A stretch of DNA of 20,000 nucleotides from an uncultured virus (IMG/VR IMGVR_UViG_3300033155_000850) (taxonomy: Duplodnaviria; Heunggongvirae; Uroviricota; Caudoviricetes). Shown in pieces: positions 15,635 to 20,000 of this stretch (positions are counted from its first letter, which is position 1; the number at the start of each line of letters is the position of its first letter). The notes under the pieces were generated by a model that was not told the origin of the DNA, searched no databases, and saw only the letters and a program-made list of their open reading frames with translations. Both the position numbers and the translations under genes were made by a program. The DNA is taken from IMG/VR virus record IMGVR_UViG_3300033155_000850; one strand, written 5' to 3'.

Positions 15635-15664
15635 TAGGCGAGTCGTTTAGGCTCGCCTATTTTT
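15635..15664 (+). terminator. Intrinsic terminator
   Basis: TAGGCGAGTC-GTTTA-GGCTCGCCTA-TTTTT. Confidence 0.85.
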
Positions 15665-15696
15665 ATGCGGCCAGCCTTCAGGTGGAGCGACTGCGC

Positions 15697-16172
15697 AATC
15701 TATAATCTTCTTAATCTATTATCCCCGTTGTAGATTCTGTAGATTATAGATCCTCGTTTCAATGAAATCTTTTCATAATAGAATCTACTTAGGGTGGTGG
15801 TCGATGTACTCACTGAAGTAGATTCACATACTACGGCCCAGCGGCCCTATGAGCTTAACGGATCACAGTATTAATCTCAGGTCTTCTCCGTTATAGATTA
15901 TAGATTGTTGTAGCAAAGCATGTAGATCCATAAGTTGTTGTTATATATAAGAATCTATTCTATCTATGAAATCTATATATATAAATGGAGGATATATTGA
16001 ATGATATATCTATGATTCCCCCAATGTAGATCGTGGTAGATTCGTAGATTTCATTGGTTGAAGATTTGGAGAGTTTCGGCATGACGGCGCTCAACAGCGC
16101 CCGAGGGGGCGAGTATCTTTATACCGGCGGGCCGACCAAAAGAACTCAACCGTAATAGATTTTGTAGATTCA
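15697..16172. repeat. Iteron-like TAGAT(T/C)/AATCTA cluster with IHF-like site (origin-like module A)
   Basis: About 20 copies in clustered direct and inverted groups; AT-rich core; TAAGTTGTTGTTA 15931-15943 has one mismatch to the IHF consensus. Confidence 0.7.
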
Positions 16173-16521
16173 CGTACGAGGTGCCGCCGTGCCGACCTTC
16201 GCCGAGTCAAGACCTTCGGCCCCTCGGTCCGCCGACTGTTCGTGGGGGTAAAAGTTTCCTCCCGTCGGAGGGGAGGAGCGTAGGACCTTCGGGCTCTCAC
16301 CCCAGAGGGCGAGGATAAGGTTGGAAAACGTGGACCTTCGGACATCGGCACCCCGACCTCGAGGTTTAAGCTAAGATAATAAGAACCGTCGTGCCGCGGG
16401 GGCGTAGGACCTTTTGGCCGGACCTTCGGCCGCTGGGGAAGGCAGCACTTCGGCCTGAGTTATACGTGGACGCAAATAAGAAGCATCCACGCAGGGGCGG
16501 CCCTCAGGACCTGCCCGCTTT

Positions 16522-16554
16522 AAAAAATGGGGGCCAGCCTAACGGCCAGCCCCC
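16522..16554 (-). terminator. Intrinsic terminator
   Basis: Minus strand GGGGGCTGGCC-GTTA-GGCTGGCCCCC-ATTTTTT. Confidence 0.8.
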
Positions 16555-16561
16555 GTCCTAA

Positions 16562-16828
16562 TCAACCCGCCTTAAAGTCTTTCTTGACGTGGTTGAAAGT
16601 ATAGCCACCGCGAGCGGAGTAGATCTGCCCGTAGGACAGCCCCAGTTCCTGGGCGGCTTGTTTGTGGCTCATTGCCACAAGATCACCGAACTTAACGCGA
16701 AAGGCGTCATCATCGGTCATGGACCTCTCACTCTTCGGCCCGCGGTCACGTACCTTGATGGCATCAACGCGGGTTTCCAGAGCCGTAACGCGCTCTTCCA
16801 AACTCAACTTCTTTTCGGGATTACCCAT
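16562..16828 (-). CDS. Coiled-coil + HTH DNA-binding protein (paralog 1), 88 aa
   Basis: AGGAGA SD before ATG 16828; HKQAAQELGLSYGQIYSARGGYTFNHV; own promoter and terminator. Confidence 0.85.
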   Translation of the reverse strand: MGNPEKKLSLEERVTALETRVDAIKVRDRGPKSERSMTDDDAFRVKFGDLVAMSHKQAAQELGLSYGQIYSARGGYTFNHVKKDFKAG

Positions 16829-16874
16829 GGTGGATCTCCTATATTGGCTAGAAAGTATTTTCCGGCCATAGTTA

Positions 16875-16904
16875 ATAGTACCATAGAGTAGCAACAATGT
16901 ATAC
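16875..16904 (-). promoter_or_regulatory. Early-type promoter GTATAC-N18-TACTAT
   Basis: Close match to the 11113 promoter, including upstream GAACATGTATACATTG. Confidence 0.85.
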
Positions 16905-17199
16905 ATGTTCCTTATACTCAGTTGTTATAAGAGAATCGTAGGACCTTCGGGCCGTCACGCCCCTCAGAGGGGGGACTATGGGGGGTAGGACCTTCGGGCC
17001 GCTCCTCCTCCTCGAGGGGGGACTATGGGGGGTAGGACCTTTCGGACCTTCGGCCTGCCGCGTGATGGTCCCCACAGGGACGGCTGAACCGGGCTGCTTT
17101 TTAGTAATGATGGACCTTCGGGCTGGTAGGACCTTCGGGCCGAAGGACCTTTTTAGGACCTTCGGGCCTCCCCCCGGGGCGCCCCCAATCATATCCGAC

Positions 17200-17244
17200 T
17201 TGACATAACGCAGATTCTAAATGATAATGACAATCATTATCATT
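17200..17244 (+). promoter_or_regulatory. Sigma70 promoter TTGACA-N17-GATAAT overlapped by a Fur box
   Basis: TTGACA 17200-17205; GATAAT 17223-17228; GATAATGACAATCATTATC 17223-17241 matches the Fur consensus at 18/19. Confidence 0.75.
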
Positions 17245-17381
17245 AACTTTTCGTCGGGCAAGGTTGCCATAAAAATCATCACGTCGGCACGCCAGATCAT
17301 TTCTAGCGCATTAAAATTTGCGATCGTGTAGGCCGTACGGGCCCAGAAAAGCTAAAATGGGGGACGACCCAGATTTCAGGC

Positions 17382-17410
17382 AAAAAAAGGGGCGACCCGG
17401 AGGCCGCCCT
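17382..17410 (-). terminator. Intrinsic terminator
   Basis: Minus strand AGGGCGGCC-TCCG-GGTCGCCCC-TTTTTTT; same hairpin repeated at 17704-17725. Confidence 0.85.
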
Positions 17411-17414
17411 ACTC

Positions 17415-17687
17415 TCATCTTCCCGACCAAGCTTCGATTGTGAATCGATTATCGAGATACTCACAAATTAGCTTCATCGGTTTTGACATCTTTGGATTTC
17501 CACGAACGATTTCCATAGGTTGTTTACCCATACAGAAACCCCAACCCAAACAATCATACCAGCCATAAAACCAGCTGTCTTCACTTGGTTCGACACCGAA
17601 ATGCTCTCTAATGTCATCATCGACATCAGAGAATAAGACGTCTGTGTCAGGCGCATTTTTGGACACTAACTTGAAATAGTTAGGCAT
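17415..17687 (-). CDS. Phage hypothetical protein, 90 aa (MPNYFKL...)
   Basis: AGGAG SD before ATG 17687. Confidence 0.8.
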   Translation of the reverse strand: MPNYFKLVSKNAPDTDVLFSDVDDDIREHFGVEPSEDSWFYGWYDCLGWGFCMGKQPMEIVRGNPKMSKPMKLICEYLDNRFTIEAWSGR

Positions 17688-17731
17688 TCTCTTACTCCTA
17701 AGTGGGGCGACCCGGAGGCCGCCCCGTGTGG

Positions 17732-17809
17732 TCATTCCAAACTAGTAATGATTGCTAGAAATGGAATGCAGATTATCAACAATGCTAAGCTGTAAAGAAT
17801 TCCAAACAT
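17732..17809 (-). CDS. Hydrophobic micropeptide, 25 aa (MFGILYSLALLIICIPFLAIITSLE)
   Basis: Manually translated; GGAAAGG SD; bracketed by hairpins 17843-17860 and 17704-17725. Confidence 0.55.
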   Translation of the reverse strand: MFGILYSLALLIICIPFLAIITSLE

Positions 17810-17842
17810 ATAACCTTTCCTTTTGCTTTGGCGTTAAAGTGC

Positions 17843-17860
17843 CGGGGCCTTTCGGCCCCG
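17843..17860 (-). terminator. Hairpin after HTH paralog 2
   Basis: CGGGGCC-GAAA-GGCCCCG, weak U tail. Confidence 0.55.
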
Positions 17861-17874
17861 ACCTTTCAACCTCC

Positions 17875-18186
17875 TTACGCTTTAACGTGGTTGAATGTGT
17901 AGCCCCCTCGAGCGCTGTAGATTTGTCCGTAGGACAAACCTAACACCTTCGCCGCTTCCTTGTGGCTTTTATCCTTCAGGTCTCCGAATTTGCACCTTTG
18001 TGCATCTTCATCGGTCATCGACCTTTCAGATTTTGGACCACGATCCCGAACCTTGATCGAATTGACCTTCGAGATTATCTCGTTGACCTTTCCAATCAGT
18101 TGGGCCGTGGTGGCCTTTTCACCCAATGTCTCAATTTTGACCTTTACATTGGTTCCTTCAGAAACTACCTTGTCAGTATTTGACAT
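17875..18186 (-). CDS. Coiled-coil + HTH DNA-binding protein (paralog 2)
   Basis: Shares IKVRDRGPKSERSMTD and LGLSYGQIYSARGGYTFNHVK with paralog 1; GGTGA SD before ATG 18186 (alternative start 18198). Confidence 0.85.
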   Translation of the reverse strand: MSNTDKVVSEGTNVKVKIETLGEKATTAQLIGKVNEIISKVNSIKVRDRGPKSERSMTDEDAQRCKFGDLKDKSHKEAAKVLGLSYGQIYSARGGYTFNHVKA

Positions 18187-18359
18187 AACATTCACCATAT
18201 AAGAACCTTATGGACCTCTTGATCCCGACAGGTTCACAAAATCGGGGAGGTAAATCTGGGGCCTCTTGGGCTTGCTCTTCGGCCTTCGGGCCGGTGCGGT
18301 TGAGCCAGTTTCTGCGCGCTGGCGGGCGGCTATTTATTTGTTTATTTGATCGTAGGTCC

Positions 18360-18388
18360 ATAATACCGTGTTGACCGGCAATGTACAC
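18360..18388 (-). promoter_or_regulatory. Promoter GTGTAC-N17-TATTAT (class 2)
   Basis: Shares CAACACGGTATTAT with the cassette promoters. Confidence 0.85.
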
Positions 18389-18646
18389 TTTTTATGCGCG
18401 ACTAAGTTGTTGATATGTAACGAGAAAGCAAACTAATTGAAATTAATTTAAAAGCCGTTATAAAACAACGGCTTACACGGAAAATAAACTTAAAGCTATA
18501 GTTGTACGCATTGTGCGACAAATCAGCTCACGACTATCCAGATCGTCCAGACTACATTATACGTATAGCCTTTATGCTACTATCAATGTACGATTTAGCG
18601 CTGACTGAGACGATCTGGGACGATGCTTTATATGGTCATTTTTGAA

Positions 18647-18664
18647 TAGTTTCGAGTGAAACTA
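18647..18664. promoter_or_regulatory. Palindromic operator-like site TAGTTTC-N4-GAAACTA
   Basis: Related copies at 19241-19258 and 19541-19558. Confidence 0.65.
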
Positions 18665-18701
18665 ATCTCAGCGCCCGGAAAAAAGTATGCCAACTTTGAG
18701 T

Positions 18702-18724
18702 GTAAATGACAATCATTATCATTA
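18702..18724. promoter_or_regulatory. Fur box
   Basis: GTAAATGACAATCATTATC matches at 16/19; 20-mer AATGACAATCATTATCATTA identical to 17226-17245. Confidence 0.65.
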
Positions 18725-18984
18725 GCCCAGAATGCAGCCAAGTGGCCTCTAAAAAGCAAACGAGAGACGTCCAGATCGTCCAGATCGCGTCGATACAGGG
18801 GGGCTCCGTGTTAGGCGTACGGCGGGAGAATCAACGGCTTACGTCGCTTTCGGTCCAGATCGTCCGTATCGTTGAGTCTATATGGCCTATATGCTACTAT
18901 CTAAAAGATATAAAGTGCTGATAGAGACGATCTGGACGCACGTTTAAGTGATTGATTTCTAACGAGTTTTAGTTGAAAATAAAC

Positions 18985-19013
18985 GTGTACATTCTAGCTC
19001 AACACGGTATTAT
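18985..19013 (+). promoter_or_regulatory. Cassette 1 promoter GTGTAC-N17-TATTAT with A-rich UP element
   Basis: Near-identical to 19285 and 19584. Confidence 0.85.
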
Positions 19014-19040
19014 AGAACTGTAATCAATGAGGAGACGAAA

Positions 19041-19199
19041 ATGGAAACTACAATAGCAGATCTTGAATTGTTTGTATTAGGTTTTCTGACATTTAACTTC
19101 GTAGTCATAATCATCTTCAGTATGATTCTAGACTCACGTATCACAAAGTTAGAGTCGAAGATGAGAAACAAGTACGTCGATAGATCTCGACTGATATAG
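19041..19199 (+). CDS. Small membrane protein, 52 aa (METTIADLELFVLGFLTFNFVVIIIFSMIL...)
   Basis: Manually translated; GAGGAG SD; between promoter and terminator. Confidence 0.75.
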   Translation: METTIADLELFVLGFLTFNFVVIIIFSMILDSRITKLESKMRNKYVDRSRLI

Positions 19200-19206
19200 G
19201 AGATCT

Positions 19207-19233
19207 GAGCGCTCTTCGGAGCGCTCTCTTTTT
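19207..19233 (+). terminator. Intrinsic terminator
   Basis: GAGCGCTC-TTCG-GAGCGCTC-TCTTTTT. Confidence 0.85.
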
Positions 19234-19284
19234 CCGAGAATAGTTTCACTCGTAACTAATCTTAGAGATTAATTGAAAATAAAC

Positions 19285-19313
19285 GTGTACATTTCCGGCC
19301 AACACGGTATTAT
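19285..19313 (+). promoter_or_regulatory. Cassette 2 promoter
   Basis: Exactly 300 bp after the cassette 1 promoter. Confidence 0.85.
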
Positions 19314-19340
19314 AGAACTGTAATCAACGAGGAGACGAAA

Positions 19341-19490
19341 ATGCAATACGCAATTGAAATAAACGAAAATGCCACGGTCAACCTAATTGATCAAAGCGGC
19401 AATATTCTTTTAGAGGCCGCGACGACCGACGAAGTCGATTCGTATATCGACGAAATCATCTCGATGTTGAAAAATCTTAAATACGATTAA
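19341..19490 (+). CDS. Small acidic protein, 49 aa (MQYAIEINENATVNLIDQSG...)
   Basis: Manually translated; GAGGAG SD. Confidence 0.75.
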   Translation: MQYAIEINENATVNLIDQSGNILLEAATTDEVDSYIDEIISMLKNLKYD

Positions 19491-19497
19491 GATTTAC

Positions 19498-19533
19498 GAA
19501 GGTGATAATGATTATCATTATCGCCTTCTTTTT
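19498..19533 (+). terminator. Intrinsic terminator whose stem contains a perfect Fur box
   Basis: GAAGGTGATAATGAT-T-ATCATTATCGCCTTC-TTTTT; 19504-19522 is the exact reverse complement of GATAATGATAATCATTATC. Confidence 0.8.
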
Positions 19534-19583
19534 CCGAGAATAGTTTCATTCGTAACTAATCTAGGAAATAATGTAAAATAAAC

Positions 19584-19612
19584 GTGTACATTTCTGATCA
19601 ATACGGTATTAT
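19584..19612 (+). promoter_or_regulatory. Cassette 3 promoter
   Basis: 299 bp after the cassette 2 promoter. Confidence 0.85.
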
Positions 19613-19636
19613 GGATCTATCAACAAGGAGAACGAA

Positions 19637-19843
19637 ATGACATCACGTAGAATCAGGAAGCAACAAACGACAATCAAAATTACGAATGACTTGATCGAAC
19701 GGACTAAGTCGGTTGTCATATATAAAGACGAACACGGTCGGTGGACGGTTCGTTGTTTCGATAAACGAGGTCGATATATCGGTGGTCGAAATAACACCAA
19801 TCATCATGACGCGGTCAATTCGGCTAGGTTGTATATGTCGTGA
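19637..19843 (+). CDS. Small basic hypothetical protein
   Basis: 68 aa, AAGGAG SD. Confidence 0.75.
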   Translation: MTSRRIRKQQTTIKITNDLIERTKSVVIYKDEHGRWTVRCFDKRGRYIGGRNNTNHHDAVNSARLYMS

Positions 19844-19849
19844 TATGTC

Positions 19850-19880
19850 AAGTCGGCCACCTCAGAGGTGGCCGACTTCT
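19850..19880 (+). terminator. Hairpin / probable terminator
   Basis: AAGTCGGCCACCTC-A-GAGGTGGCCGACTT. Confidence 0.65.
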
Positions 19881-19886
19881 GCCTCT

Positions 19887-20000
19887 CGACCAGCGCCTCC
19901 CGACCAGCGCCTCCCGACCAGCGCCTCCCGACCAGCGCCTCCCGACCAGCGCCTCCCGACCAGCGCCTCCCGACCAGCGCCTCCCGACCAGCGCCTCCCG
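19887..20000. repeat. Perfect 14-bp tandem repeat (CGACCAGCGCCTCC)n, at least 8 copies
   Basis: 8 exact units plus 2 nt, running off the window. Confidence 0.95.

Larger units (their letters stand above)
16190..17168 (+). repeat. Dispersed (TA)GGACCTT(CGG) repeats interleaved with GC-rich hairpins
   Basis: About 15 copies, all on +; three in exact 47-bp phase (16939, 16986, 17033). Confidence 0.85.
18403..18957. repeat. CCAGATCGT iteron-like repeats plus IHF sites between divergent promoters (origin-like module B)
   Basis: Repeats near 18538, 18609 (inverted), 18771, 18780, 18855 and 18926 (inverted); perfect WATCAAN4TTR at 18403-18415(-), 18829-18841(+), 18945-18957(-); near match 18463-18475. 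Confidence 0.75.

Noticed and set aside
16939..17168. CRISPR array
   Set aside because: Repeat is only 10-15 bp, spacing is irregular beyond three copies, spacers resemble each other, and no cas genes are present
16091..17208. ORFs 16091-16351, 16589-16891, 16662-16871, 16872-17192, 16978-17208
   Set aside because: Translations of GGACCTT repeats (GPKVL/RTFGP) or antisense shadows of the HTH gene; no SD
16562..18186. HNH homing endonucleases
   Set aside because: Only the HTH-like part is present; no HNH motif, and the proteins are too short
17752..19800. ORFs 17752-17943, 17960-18202, 17962-18183, 18173-18388, 18706-18921, 19010-19249, 19609-19800
   Set aside because: Antisense to real genes or run across promoters and iterons without an SD
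18970..19880. Integron cassette array
   Set aside because: No attC R''/R' structure or integrase seen, and each unit has its own promoter
19887..20000. CRISPR or coding repeat
   Set aside because: No spacers; the 14-bp unit is not a multiple of three and no start context is present

Overview
This window looks like the early/accessory region of a bacteriophage, probably with a proteobacterial host (IHF- and Fur-consensus sites). No structural, replicase or integrase genes are recognisable. Bases ~530-15480 hold about 50 small, tightly packed + strand genes, mostly hypothetical; a SLOG protein, a degenerate UDG-like protein, a P-loop-like protein and a probable ART-fold protein can be recognised. 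They are driven by a repeated promoter family, GT(A/G)TAC-N17/18-TANNAT. The left end carries several candidate structured RNAs: a pseudoknotted RNA of at least 470 nt, a tRNA-Leu-like RNA with a collapsed anticodon arm and a very large branched variable arm, and a multi-hairpin RNA hidden under a weak ORF. Bases ~15700-20000 are a largely non-coding control hub. It has two iteron/IHF origin-like modules, about 15 strand-biased GGACCTT repeats around two paralogous HTH genes, three Fur boxes (one overlapping a TTGACA-17-GATAAT promoter with no ORF behind it), three promoter-ORF-terminator cassettes spaced 300/299 bp apart, and a 14-bp tandem array running off the window end. All RNA structures and protein families were called by eye and need computational confirmation.
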